64,000 nt of DNA from Candidatus Algichlamydia australiensis. Its GTDB lineage: Bacteria; Chlamydiota; Chlamydiia; Chlamydiales; JAJFMI01. Both the position numbers and the translations under genes were made by a program. Below the pieces are notes generated by a model. It searched no databases. It saw nothing but the letters and a program-made list of their open reading frames with translations, and was not told where the DNA came from. Shown in pieces: positions 31,072 to 40,276 of the stretch. The stretch covers positions 128,001 through 192,000 of the forward strand of contig JAXCHI010000004.1 in NCBI GenBank assembly GCA_033977065.1, read 5' to 3'. Position 1 is the first letter of the stretch. Each line of letters starts with the position of its first letter.

Positions 31072-31485
31072 ATGAAATGTACAATTTTCTCTTTAATCCT
31101 GCTTGTAAGTTGCGCAGGAGGATCAAATAAAAATTACCATGAAAGAGGCCAATCTCTCTGCGATCAGCTTGCAAAAGAGCTTTCCACGATCACAACAAAA
31201 GAAGAGTTGGTTTCACGCGCACCTCAAATTGAAAAACGTTACGCGCAGATTGTAGATCTGATGATTGAGGCAAAAATTGAAAAAGAGCGCCGTCCTCACG
31301 CATTTGAAAAGCAAAGTGAGCCCTCGTTAAGCAGTGAGCGATTAAAAAAAGAGCTGGAGAGAATCTATGAAATTGAGGGTGGTCGCCGATTTATAGAAAA
31401 GCATACCCGCGAATCTCTCTATCGTTTAGGAGATACTGAACAACCCAAACTTTCCGAAAAGCATTCAAAAATTGGCCCAAATTAA
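31072..31485 (+). CDS. Hypothetical lipoprotein; C-terminus encoded by a MITE
   Basis: Lipobox-like LLVSC; last residues (GDTEQPKLSEKHSKIGPN*) lie inside the 31429-31589 element. Confidence 0.75.
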   Translation: MKCTIFSLILLVSCAGGSNKNYHERGQSLCDQLAKELSTITTKEELVSRAPQIEKRYAQIVDLMIEAKIEKERRPHAFEKQSEPSLSSERLKKELERIYEIEGGRRFIEKHTRESLYRLGDTEQPKLSEKHSKIGPN

Positions 31486-31589
31486 TTTTTTGAACTCGCT
31501 AACTTTTAACAAGTTAACTCCGTTCTCCAAAATCAATTTTGCCTCAATTTTTGAACGCTTCTCGAAAAGAGCAGTTGTTCAGTGTCTCC
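31429..31589 (+). mobile_element. 161-bp MITE-like element, family A, copy 1
   Basis: TIRs GGAGATACTGAACAAC / GTTGTTCAGTGTCTCC; flanked by TTA on both sides. Confidence 0.85.
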
Positions 31590-33023
31590 TTAATCCAGTA
31601 ATGTAACACAGTGAGGATTCTTGTTTCTTGTAACCCAAGAAACTAAGAAAATGCTGACCATTCCTAAAGTAAAACCAGGAAGAAGTGTTGGCAGATTGGA
31701 GGGAACCAGAGGCCAGATTGCAGCAACACCTCCTCCGATCAAAATACCAGCCCACGCACCATACTTATTTACTCTTTTTGCATAGAGGCTTGCAATGATC
31801 AAGGGACCAAAAGCAGACCCCAAGCCGTACCACGCATATTCGACTAGGTGGTAGATCGAATTTTCGTTTTGGTAGGCGATAGCCCAGGCGATCAGAGAAA
31901 TCACAAAGATAGAGAGGCGAGAGACAAAGAGAATTTCCTTGGAGCTCGCATTTTTGCGTACCATGCGTTTGTAAAAATCTTCTGCAAAGCTTGATGCAAG
32001 CACTAAAATTTGTGAATCCATCGTAGAGATGGTAGCGGCTAAAATCGCGCAGAGGACAAATGCGCCGAGAAAGGGGAAAAAGAGTGTGCGAACCATATCG
32101 ACAAAGAGTAGTTCTGTATTAGGAACTCCTTCTGGAAAAAAAGCAACCCCCATCAAACCGATCATGGTGGCACAACCAAGTGTAATGATCTGCCAACTCA
32201 TTCCAACATATTTGGACTTATACATATTTTTTACATCTTGAATCCCCATAAATTTGGTGATGATATGGGGCTGTCCAAAATACCCCAAACCCCAGCTTAA
32301 TGCGGCAAAGAGAGCTCCTTTCCAAGTGGCAAGTGAAAAATTGGGCAGGAGTTTCACAGATAAATTTTTTGCTTGTAGAGCAGCACCCACATCAGCAAAA
32401 CTCCCAATTTTTCCTAACGCTAAAATAGGAACAAGTATGAGAACAGCTAACATAAAAAGGGCTTGAAAAGCGTCGGTAAAAGCAAGCGTACGATACCCAC
32501 CAATAAAGAGGTAGGGAATAACAATTAAGACGGAGATCGTAATCCCGAGATGGTAGCTTACACCAAAAAGACTTTTGATCAAAAGACCCATCGCAACAAG
32601 GCCTGCCGTGATATAAAATGCATAGAAAATCAGCTGCATGAGTGCAGTAAAAAAGAGAATCCAGCCAGAGGTATCAGCAAAGCGACTCTCAAAGTAGGAG
32701 GAAAAAGTCATGCTGCCATAGCGCTCTGTCATCATTCGAATGCGCGGAGCAATCAGATGCCAATTGATAAACATAAAGATGACAAGACCGACAGCAACCC
32801 ACGCTTGAAAAAGACCCTTGCCGAAAATAACTGCTGGGTAGCCCATTAAAAGCCAGCTGCTCATATCGCTAGAGTGTGCTGCAAAGGCGGTAAGCCAAAA
32901 ACCAAGCGATCTCCCACCTAAAATAAAATCTTTAGATGTCTGCCTCCTTTTAAAAGAGAGAAAGGCGATGGCAAAGAGAATGCCCACATAGACAAGTACG
33001 GCAAAGATTTCAGTTCCTAACAT
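31590..33023 (-). CDS. putP: Sodium/proline symporter (SSS family)
   Basis: DFILGGRSLG, SDMSSWLLMGYP, WGLGYFGQPHI, AATISTMDSQ. Confidence 0.92.
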   Translation of the reverse strand: MLGTEIFAVLVYVGILFAIAFLSFKRRQTSKDFILGGRSLGFWLTAFAAHSSDMSSWLLMGYPAVIFGKGLFQAWVAVGLVIFMFINWHLIAPRIRMMTERYGSMTFSSYFESRFADTSGWILFFTALMQLIFYAFYITAGLVAMGLLIKSLFGVSYHLGITISVLIVIPYLFIGGYRTLAFTDAFQALFMLAVLILVPILALGKIGSFADVGAALQAKNLSVKLLPNFSLATWKGALFAALSWGLGYFGQPHIITKFMGIQDVKNMYKSKYVGMSWQIITLGCATMIGLMGVAFFPEGVPNTELLFVDMVRTLFFPFLGAFVLCAILAATISTMDSQILVLASSFAEDFYKRMVRKNASSKEILFVSRLSIFVISLIAWAIAYQNENSIYHLVEYAWYGLGSAFGPLIIASLYAKRVNKYGAWAGILIGGGVAAIWPLVPSNLPTLLPGFTLGMVSIFLVSWVTRNKNPHCVTLLD

Positions 33024-33049
33024 AGGAGAGAGTATAACGGATTTTTCGA

Positions 33050-33790
33050 TTAGGGGGAAGCTGCCTTTTGGGAGCCATAAAGCAGGCTGGCTCGTGCTAA
33101 ATTGTTACCTGCTTCAGGAAAGATTTCTTCCATCTCGGTAATCAAATTTTTCACTTTGCGCCGCTTTGAATTCGCGCCTACCGGACACTGGCAAGTGATT
33201 CGTGCAAAACCGTAAGACTCTGCAAACTTGCGAATCTCTGCCTCATCAGCATAAATGAGTGGGCGCACAATTGTTACCCCAACCTTTTTCATACAAATTT
33301 TTGGGAGCATTCCTGCAAATTCGCCCTTATGTAAAACATTTAATAATAAAGTCTCCGCAAGATCATCCTTATGATGACCAAAAGCAATAGTCTTTGCACC
33401 GACCTCTTTTGCAGTCGCAAAAATTGCATTGCGCCTTCTTCTCGAGCAGGAGTAACACTCCAATCCTTCTCTAGAGCCTTCTACTTCAATCTGACGAAAC
33501 TCTACATCCAACTCTTTACAAATGCTTTCCAAGTAATTCCTTTGTATCGACGCGCCGCAGGAAAACGCCCCGCTCACATGAATCGCATAAATTTTTTTCT
33601 TAGGAAAACCTCGCCCCAAAATCGCCTTTAACAGGAAAAGAAGTGTCAAACTGTCCTTGCCCCCACTCAAGGCAAGCGCAAGCGGCCCCTCCTCTTCTAA
33701 AAGAGCAAACTCATACAAAGCCTTGCGGCAGATGGACTCAAGCTTGCGACCCAAGGCCGTCCAGGGCGGTTTAGCAGTAGGAACGAACAT
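33050..33790 (-). CDS. ttcA: tRNA 2-thiocytidine biosynthesis protein (PP-loop)
   Basis: LSGGKDS, CYSCSRRRR, GHHKDD, IVRPL, CQCP. Confidence 0.85.
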   Translation of the reverse strand: MFVPTAKPPWTALGRKLESICRKALYEFALLEEEGPLALALSGGKDSLTLLFLLKAILGRGFPKKKIYAIHVSGAFSCGASIQRNYLESICKELDVEFRQIEVEGSREGLECYSCSRRRRNAIFATAKEVGAKTIAFGHHKDDLAETLLLNVLHKGEFAGMLPKICMKKVGVTIVRPLIYADEAEIRKFAESYGFARITCQCPVGANSKRRKVKNLITEMEEIFPEAGNNLARASLLYGSQKAASP

Positions 33791-33854
33791 ATTCACCCCT
33801 CAACTATACGCTTTTTCTGGAAAAAAATCCCAAAATATGATAAAATTTCGGGTA

Positions 33855-34043
33855 ATGAAGAAGCAAAATCGTAATGATCCTTGTAGCTGCGGCTCAGGTA
33901 AAAAATTTAAAAAATGTTGTGGCACCAACCGGCTCGGCCGAAAAGTGACCATGCTCTCAACCGCCGCACCTCTAAATTCTCTTTTTAATAAAAAAGTAGA
34001 TTGCGTCGAAACAACTCCTCGTGCTATAAAGGTATCGAAATAA
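33855..34043 (+). CDS. SEC-C motif small protein
   Basis: RNDPCSCGSGKKFKKCCG. Confidence 0.8.
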   Translation: MKKQNRNDPCSCGSGKKFKKCCGTNRLGRKVTMLSTAAPLNSLFNKKVDCVETTPRAIKVSK

Positions 34044-34096
34044 GAAACTCGTTTGCTACTCACTTTCTTCTAAGTATAGCAATCAAGTTTATTCAC

Positions 34097-34169
34097 GCTG
34101 GTGTAGCTCAATTGGTAGAGCACCCGACTTGTAATCGGACGGTTGAGGGTTCAATTCCTTTCGCCAGCA
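34097..34169 (+). tRNA. tRNA-Thr(TGT)
   Basis: GCTGGTGTAGCTCAATTGGTAGAGCACCCGACTTGTAATCGG...GGTTCAATTCCTTTCGCCAGCA. Confidence 0.95.
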
Positions 34170-34207
34170 TCCTACTCTCGAGGTAACTGCTTGTTGCCTC
34201 CTTTCTC

Positions 34208-34291
34208 GGGGGTGTCGCATAGCGGCCAATTGCAGGAGACTGTAAATCTCCCAGCCTTCGGCTTACGCTGGTTCGAATCCAGCCGCCCCCA
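34208..34291 (+). tRNA. tRNA-Tyr(GTA)
   Basis: GGGGGTG...GGAGACTGTAAATCTCC, long variable arm, GGTTCGAATCCAGCCGCCCCCA. Confidence 0.95.
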
Positions 34292-34337
34292 TTTCACGTG
34301 TTCAGGACATTTCTTTTTCTTTTTTGCCCAAAACTTC

Positions 34338-34487
34338 CAGCGCTCCTCGACAAGCTTATTCAAAGCTTGCCTTCGTCACGCTAAAAGTTTTGTTTCAAAA
34401 AATCTTAAAGAAATCCCTGTGAACACCCTCATGGGGGCGGCTGCCGCCCCATTTCTCCTGCCATTCAAAGCTTGTTGAGGATTGCTG
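34338..34487. repeat. ~150-bp element bounded by 20-bp imperfect inverted repeats
   Basis: CAGCGCTCCTCGACAAGCTT ... AAGCTTGTTGAGGATTGCTG; internal GGGGCGGCTGCCGCCCC hairpin. Confidence 0.55.
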
Positions 34488-34513
34488 TCTCCTTGTTTTT
34501 TAAGCCCCAACTG

Positions 34514-34640
34514 TTAGATAGCGTCGTCAAAAGCATACAACCATCTTATTTTTCATGTTTTGTGTGGTTTTTTTGTATTTTTAACCCTACTTATCGTACG
34601 GCGATGTAATATGGGTAGGGTTAAATGCCAAAAAAACTAT
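34514..34640. mobile_element. Left end of MITE family B fused to a different hairpin
   Basis: 34514-34560 identical to 45013-45059; followed by a TTAACCCTAC...GTAGGGTTAA hairpin. Confidence 0.75.
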
Positions 34641-34669
34641 TTTCTTTTTGATACCCTTTATCGCAAATT

Positions 34670-35260
34670 TCAAAAGCTTTTGCTCATATCGAAATGGTTC
34701 TCAATCGGTAGATAATGCAGGATTTCATAGCGGCGACTTTTCGGTTTTTTTAAGCCGATTAGATGGGCGATGTGCGGGCTGTATGAGTGAATAAGTGCGT
34801 TGAGGTAGGTATTAAGGGGAGTGCTTTCTTCGAGGTGGAAATTTTCTAGGGCTGTAAGAAGCTCTTTTTTTGTTATAGAGGTTTCGCCTGTCACCCATTT
34901 GTTTGTTGTAAAGAGTGCAAGGGGCTTTCCTTGCTCGCTGATTGAAATCGCAATCAGGTGTGAGAAGGTCTTTTCATTAGCAACAAAGATGTGAAAGTGT
35001 CCATGCTCACTTTTGCGATGACTGTGGTAGTAATAGAGATACCCATTGCTCACTGTGTCCCCATTCGGACGGTGCTTCCATAGCGGCTTTTCTGCTGTAA
35101 TGAGCTGGGAGAGGGGGTTTTGTTTTTCAAGGTTGTCTAATTGCGTTTTTTTAAGTGGCTGCAGGTTGATTGTGATCAGTTGCGGTTTTGCTGGCCACGG
35201 TTTTTTTATGAGTGTGAGTAGGAGGAGCAGGGATGTAAGAATAAAAATCTTTCTTGCCAT
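34670..35260 (-). CDS. Exported His-rich protein, DUF6969-like
   Basis: N-terminal anchor MARKIFILTSLLLLLTLI; YYYHSHRKSEHGHFHIF, SHLIAISI...GKPLALFTTNKWVTGE (family recognised from memory). Confidence 0.7.
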   Translation of the reverse strand: MARKIFILTSLLLLLTLIKKPWPAKPQLITINLQPLKKTQLDNLEKQNPLSQLITAEKPLWKHRPNGDTVSNGYLYYYHSHRKSEHGHFHIFVANEKTFSHLIAISISEQGKPLALFTTNKWVTGETSITKKELLTALENFHLEESTPLNTYLNALIHSYSPHIAHLIGLKKPKSRRYEILHYLPIENHFDMSKSF

Positions 35261-35324
35261 AGTGAATTTTTTTTTATATATATTGTGAAATATGTTAGTC
35301 AAATATTTTTTGGAGTTTAGATAA

Positions 35325-35954
35325 ATGAAACGATTTAATTTTAAATCTGTCATTGGTGCTTCGATTGTTGCGTCAATTGTGATGACCATTTTCATGTGGA
35401 TTTTCGGTATGAATATCATGAAGATGCTCGGCATGATCGCGGGATATAGTGGCACGATGATGTATGTTATTGGCGGAGCCATTCATCTTATTGTGGGTAT
35501 TTTCTGGGGCTTTGTCTATGCGCTCTTCTTTGAGCCGTGGCTCAAAAAGCTTCCTGGATTTTTGTCAGGAGCATTTTTCTCTCTTGTCCCGTTTTTTGCG
35601 GCGATGTTCTTTATGGGAACTTTTGTCACTACTGTTCAAGGTGTCTTCAATGCGAACACTCCTGGTATACAGCAGTCGGGTGTTTACCCTTCTTTCCCAT
35701 GCCAGCCTGCATGTGCTCCTTGCAACCCCTACTACCCTTGTCAGCCGTCTAAGCCTTGCCATCCGTGTAATCCTTATGGATACTCGTCTGCTACTCAGCA
35801 GTATGGTTGTGCACCCGAAATGGGCACTTGTGCTCCATGCGCCCCAATGGGTTCAAAAGCAGGTTTGCCAATGTGGCTCTGGAGTCTTTTCAACCATCTA
35901 GTATTCGGTATTGTTTTGGGCTGGTCTTACAAGCCTAAAGTGAGTACTGAATAA
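35325..35954 (+). CDS. 4-TM membrane protein with inserted Cys/Pro-rich (C-x-P)9 loop
   Basis: TM helices with IHLIVGIFWG and NHLVFGIVLG; loop PCQPACAPCNPYYPCQPSKPCHPCNPY...CAPEMGTCAPCAP; GGAG RBS, terminator downstream. Confidence 0.85.
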   Translation: MKRFNFKSVIGASIVASIVMTIFMWIFGMNIMKMLGMIAGYSGTMMYVIGGAIHLIVGIFWGFVYALFFEPWLKKLPGFLSGAFFSLVPFFAAMFFMGTFVTTVQGVFNANTPGIQQSGVYPSFPCQPACAPCNPYYPCQPSKPCHPCNPYGYSSATQQYGCAPEMGTCAPCAPMGSKAGLPMWLWSLFNHLVFGIVLGWSYKPKVSTE

Positions 35955-35966
35955 TTTTCATTATTT

Positions 35967-35988
35967 GAGGGCCTTAAGGCCCTCTTTT
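35967..35988 (+). terminator. Rho-independent terminator
   Basis: GAGGGCCTTAAGGCCCTC perfect palindrome followed by TTTT. Confidence 0.75.
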
Positions 35989-36174
35989 CCTTCTAACTGA
36001 ATTGTAAAACTCAAGTTGTTACCCAGTTTCTCCTTTCGAAGGAGGGACTTTCGATGAGGTTGACACGATATCAAGTCTTTATAATAATATGCCTTTGTTT
36101 ATTAAACTCAAGTTTAACGAAGGAAATACTGAACAAACACTTTTTTCGAAAAAATTTTGAAAATCGATGCAAAA

Positions 36175-36606
36175 ATGGATAATGAGACAAAAATATCTTT
36201 CACGTCAAAAGAAAAAACAATTCGAAGAATTTGGTTAGTCCTTCATATCTTTTCTTTTATATCGATAGCCATTTTCTTCTTAAGTGAGGACTCAAGCGAG
36301 GTGCCCTTTTTCTTTTTGCTTTCAGCTATCGAATTTATTGGTTTGTGGTACTGCGCCTACAAAAAAAATGGAACTAGATTATTAAAATTTTATTACAGAT
36401 TTTTATACCCTCTCAATCTATTAAATCTAATTAAGAATGCTCCTTTTTCTCAACAAGTACTTGAACTAGACCCATCTTTTTTGGGGAGTCTTTTTTTTAT
36501 CCCTGTGAAAATTTGGGTTACCTACCTTATGCATGAAATGAATCTCTCAAAAAAGAAATATGGGCCTTCTGATGCAGCTCCTACGGCTCCGAAGGTTTCT
36601 CTCTAG
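36175..36606 (+). CDS. AT-rich hypothetical membrane protein
   Basis: 3-4 hydrophobic segments; flanked by degenerate family-A MITE ends. Confidence 0.6.
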   Translation: MDNETKISFTSKEKTIRRIWLVLHIFSFISIAIFFLSEDSSEVPFFFLLSAIEFIGLWYCAYKKNGTRLLKFYYRFLYPLNLLNLIKNAPFSQQVLELDPSFLGSLFFIPVKIWVTYLMHEMNLSKKKYGPSDAAPTAPKVSL

Positions 36607-36676
36607 ATGAACCTGTCTCAATTTCAAAACTTTTTCAAAAGGAGCAGTTATTCATTATGAGCTTAAAGAGGTTTTG

Positions 36677-37345
36677 ATGTATCGGGAAAATTTTTTGGAG
36701 TTGATTGAAAGGTTTGGGGCTGATCGAGTCGTCAATGTTTTGGCTCCCCATCTTTTGGATCGAAGAAAAGCGCGAATCGATGAAGTAATTGAGCGAAGGC
36801 TTGGTTCAGTAGAGGTGGCAATCGAATCTCTTGTCGATCCTTATAACGCTTTGGCTGTCATGCGCACTGCAGAGGCTTTAGGTGTAACAAGGATGCATTT
36901 GATTCAGACTCAGGTCAGAAAAAGGGCGCGCGCTTCGATGGGAACGTATCGCTGGATCGACTGCAGGAGATCCTCTTCTGTAGAGAGTTTTTTTGAGGGG
37001 AGGGGACGCGTTTTTGCGGCTGATGTGTCGGGAAAGATAGGGGTTGAAGAAATTCCTGTAGACAAGCCTTTAGTACTTCTTTTTGGAAATGAGCACTCGG
37101 GCTTATCAAAAGAGGCTTTGAATAGGGCAGATGCTACGTTCAAAATCCCAATTTATGGTATGGTTGAGAGCTACAATCTCTCGGTTGCTGCTGCAATTGC
37201 CCTTTTCGATGTGACAAAGCGAAGGCGGCAATTTCTCGGTAGTGAGGGAGATCTCTCTGAAAAAGAGAAGGTGATTGAGCGCGCTTTTGGGTACTACCAA
37301 ACCGTAGGGCCGGAAACAACTAAGAAAATATTATGTCGAAATTAA
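36677..37345 (+). CDS. trmH: TrmH/SpoU family RNA methyltransferase
   Basis: DPYNALAVMRTAEALG, FGNEHSGLS, IPIYGMVESYNLSVAAAI. Confidence 0.88.
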   Translation: MYRENFLELIERFGADRVVNVLAPHLLDRRKARIDEVIERRLGSVEVAIESLVDPYNALAVMRTAEALGVTRMHLIQTQVRKRARASMGTYRWIDCRRSSSVESFFEGRGRVFAADVSGKIGVEEIPVDKPLVLLFGNEHSGLSKEALNRADATFKIPIYGMVESYNLSVAAAIALFDVTKRRRQFLGSEGDLSEKEKVIERAFGYYQTVGPETTKKILCRN

Positions 37346-38136
37346 AATACTTCTGGGATGCTCTCTATAAAATTCAAATTGCAATTGGTGCTGTGACGGT
37401 TCCAACAGAAGAGTATATCTGGGAAGATCCTCTTTTCGCTGTTGAGGAGTGGGTTCATCCTGATGTGACCGGGTCAACCCGCATCATAGTTACTGTAAAG
37501 GGAGGGGAGCTGCCTGGGCACTTTTATGAAGGGGTGCAACATCTTCACGATAAGGGGATTGGAGTAAAATTTTCCCTACCTGTTCAAGAGATGCCAGTTG
37601 ATGAGTTCGCTTCTCAAGTTGCAGACTTGTGTCACTACTATGAACTTGATGGGATTGATCTTGTTTTTGATGGGGAGCTTGATTGTGATGTTGTGCAAGC
37701 GTGTAGAGGGGCTCTTGGTAAAGAATCTCTTTTAAGTTGCTCGATTTCTGCTAAGACGATTGAAAAATCGCAAGAAAAGATTGCCGCTATTCTCCCCTAT
37801 ATTTCTCAAATCATATTATTTGATTTTTTTGAAAAAAAATGTGATTTTGAAGAGGAGATGAGAAAGCTCTGGGGGTTTGGCGTTCCCTGCCAGAAGATCT
37901 CATTTGCTCTCGAAGTGGGACCTCATACTGAAGGTAAAGAGGTCACAACTGTTGCGCAATGTAAAAAAGTAGCGCAAGCCGTTCGAGAGCACGCCCTTTT
38001 TGGCTTGCAGTTGGACTCTATTCAACGCGATACCGATGAGAGAGAAGGCGCCCCGGCTGGGCCAAGCAAGTTGCAGTCAGGTCTCCCAACGGGGACTTTT
38101 GCAGGGGTTGTGCATAAAATTTTACTAGGAAATTAG
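37333..38136 (+). CDS. GH18-like TIM-barrel protein, catalytic motif degenerate
   Basis: YELDGIDLVFD in place of DGxDxDxE; GVPCQKISFAL; late-strand LFGLQLDSIQRD. Confidence 0.55.
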   Translation: MSKLKYFWDALYKIQIAIGAVTVPTEEYIWEDPLFAVEEWVHPDVTGSTRIIVTVKGGELPGHFYEGVQHLHDKGIGVKFSLPVQEMPVDEFASQVADLCHYYELDGIDLVFDGELDCDVVQACRGALGKESLLSCSISAKTIEKSQEKIAAILPYISQIILFDFFEKKCDFEEEMRKLWGFGVPCQKISFALEVGPHTEGKEVTTVAQCKKVAQAVREHALFGLQLDSIQRDTDEREGAPAGPSKLQSGLPTGTFAGVVHKILLGN

Positions 38137-38138
38137 GT

Positions 38139-38600
38139 ATGAAGAAAGGCGTATTCTTATTTTCATTTTTTGTATTAGGAGTATTGAGTGCTTCAGATGT
38201 AGATTCACTTTTACATGAGAAAGAGTGGAAAGATAAGCAGTTTTATCTTAGCCAAGAGAATGCACGCAGAGCGCAGCAGTTTGAGCATAATCTCTATCAT
38301 CCTGTGGATAATCCCAAGATCTCTTTGAATATTTTTACTATCGATGGAAAAGAGAAGAACAAGTGGGCCTATCGCTTCACTAGTAATAAGATCTCTTTAA
38401 GTACAGATAGTGCTTCTACTGTCATGGAAAAAATGCGTATGAGAAACGCCTTTGAAAGAGGCGAGTGGCGTCAGGTTGCAGAGATGGCTCAAAAGCAGAT
38501 TTGTCATGCAATTGAAGACATCAAGCATATCCATGTTAGGACATTCCAAAAACTTGGAGAGGCTCTTCACCAATCTATTAAAGAGGGAGAAAATCTTTAA
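38139..38600 (+). CDS. Hypothetical secreted protein
   Basis: Signal peptide MKKGVFLFSFFVLGVLSA; translationally coupled to neighbours. Confidence 0.65.
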   Translation: MKKGVFLFSFFVLGVLSASDVDSLLHEKEWKDKQFYLSQENARRAQQFEHNLYHPVDNPKISLNIFTIDGKEKNKWAYRFTSNKISLSTDSASTVMEKMRMRNAFERGEWRQVAEMAQKQICHAIEDIKHIHVRTFQKLGEALHQSIKEGENL

Positions 38601-39436
38601 TGTATCCAGAGGCGAAAAATCCGAAAGTTGGAATTCCAAAACTTTTAAAAGGACAAAAAGCTCTTGTTACCGGTGGAAGCTCCGGGATTGGTGAGGGAAT
38701 CGCTTTGGCTCTTGGAGAAGCAGGAGCTGATGTTGTCGTGAATTGTCATTCACATCCAGAGACTGCAGAAGAGGTCGCAAAAAAGATTCGGGAATTTGGT
38801 GTAGAATCCTATGTGCATCAAGGAGATGTTTCGAGGGAAGAAGATGTCCTTGGCATGTTTGAGAAGATGAAAAGTGAATTTGGCACGATTGATATTTTGA
38901 TCAATAATGCAGGAATTCAAAAGGATTCGCCTTTCACTGAAATGTCTTTAGATTCGTGGAACAAGGTAATTGGTCTGAACTTAACAGGGCAATTTCTCTG
39001 CTCTCGTGAAGCGGCAAAAGAGTTTTTGCGTCGCGGTGTAAAAGAAGAAATTTCAGTTGCTGCCGGAAAAATTATCTGTATAAGTTCTGTTCACGAGGTG
39101 ATTCCTTGGGCAGGTCATGCGAACTATGCCTCATCAAAAGGCGGCATTCACATGATGATGCAGTCGATTTCACAGGAGCTAGCCCCTTATCGTATTCGTG
39201 TAAATTCTATTGGTCCTGGAGCAATCCGTACACCAATTAATAAGCAGGCGTGGGAGACAAAAGAGGCATATGATGAACTGATGCATCTGATTCCCTACAA
39301 CCGAATAGGCGAACCGGTAGACATTGCGCAAGCAGCAGTTTGGCTAGCCTCGGATCATGCTGATTACATCAATGGTACAACACTTTTTGTAGATGGGGGA
39401 ATGTGTCTCTTTCCGGGCTTTCGCACAGGCGGTTAA
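38600..39436 (+). CDS. SDR oxidoreductase, glucose 1-dehydrogenase-like
   Basis: TGGSSGIG, NNAG, SSVHEVIPW, YASSKGG, PGAIRTPIN, FPGFRTGG. Confidence 0.92.
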   Translation: MYPEAKNPKVGIPKLLKGQKALVTGGSSGIGEGIALALGEAGADVVVNCHSHPETAEEVAKKIREFGVESYVHQGDVSREEDVLGMFEKMKSEFGTIDILINNAGIQKDSPFTEMSLDSWNKVIGLNLTGQFLCSREAAKEFLRRGVKEEISVAAGKIICISSVHEVIPWAGHANYASSKGGIHMMMQSISQELAPYRIRVNSIGPGAIRTPINKQAWETKEAYDELMHLIPYNRIGEPVDIAQAAVWLASDHADYINGTTLFVDGGMCLFPGFRTGG

Positions 39437-40209
39437 TTGCATCACTTTTTGCCCTTTTTGCAGCACTCTCTTTGGTTGGAAAAGAGCTTGCAATCTGCCA
39501 GGGATGCGTAAATGGTGTTCAGTACATCACATACGTAGGAATTGTTTACTTTTTGGGGCTCTCTCTTACCCTCTATTTTTGGCGAACTTTTCCCACAAAG
39601 CCAATTACATATGTAGGTTTTTTCTTTAGCTGCTTTGCTGCTTTTTTTCTCACTGTTTCAAAGCTTGAGTATTGTGTGTTTTGCGTTACCGCGCACATTT
39701 TGCATATCGCCGTTTGGTCCCTTCTTTTAACTACCTGCTACTTTCGCTCGTTGGCTATCTTTTTCAGCGCCATTTTAGTGATCAGTGTGCCTACCTTACA
39801 CATTAAAGAGAAACGATCTAAAGTTGTAGGCAGAGCCCCAAATTTTTCTTTTACGACAAAGGATGGAAAGATCATTCAGGATGGCCCTCCGCCTCCCTAC
39901 TCTGCTCTTGTTCTCCACTTTGTTCAAGAGGGGTGCCCCTATTGCGAAGAGCAAATTGAAGAAATTGAAAATCTTGTCGATTACTATCCAAATTATCTCT
40001 TTTATCACGTCTCATCAAGCGAATTAAAAAAGGGAGATCGCGTAGAACTCATCGTCTCAAAGGAGACCGCTCAAATCTTCCACATCAATCTTTTCCCCAC
40101 ACTTGTTGTAATTGATAAGAATGGGGATGTAATCAAGATTGTCAGGGGAAGAATGCCAGAAAACTCCACTCTCACGCAGTTCATTGGAAAAATTTTTCCA
40201 GATAATTAA
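39403..40209 (+). CDS. Membrane Cys-pair domain fused to TlpA/thioredoxin-like domain
   Basis: CQGC and CVFC in the TM part, APNFS and CPYC plus FPTLVVIDKNG in the C-terminal part; start uncertain. Confidence 0.7.
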   Translation: MSLSGLSHRRLIASLFALFAALSLVGKELAICQGCVNGVQYITYVGIVYFLGLSLTLYFWRTFPTKPITYVGFFFSCFAAFFLTVSKLEYCVFCVTAHILHIAVWSLLLTTCYFRSLAIFFSAILVISVPTLHIKEKRSKVVGRAPNFSFTTKDGKIIQDGPPPPYSALVLHFVQEGCPYCEEQIEEIENLVDYYPNYLFYHVSSSELKKGDRVELIVSKETAQIFHINLFPTLVVIDKNGDVIKIVRGRMPENSTLTQFIGKIFPDN

Positions 40210-40276
40210 TTTTTTCTTTCTTCATTAAATCGAAGTTGTTAGGATGCAGGATTAATAGACAACAATATTTTGAGAT

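Noticed and set aside
34143..34478. ORFs over tRNA-Thr/Tyr
   Set aside because: Shadow frames of tRNA genes and palindromes
35261..35482. N-terminal extension of the 34670-35482 ORF
   Set aside because: Antisense to the CxP protein gene; a better start with signal anchor exists at 35260
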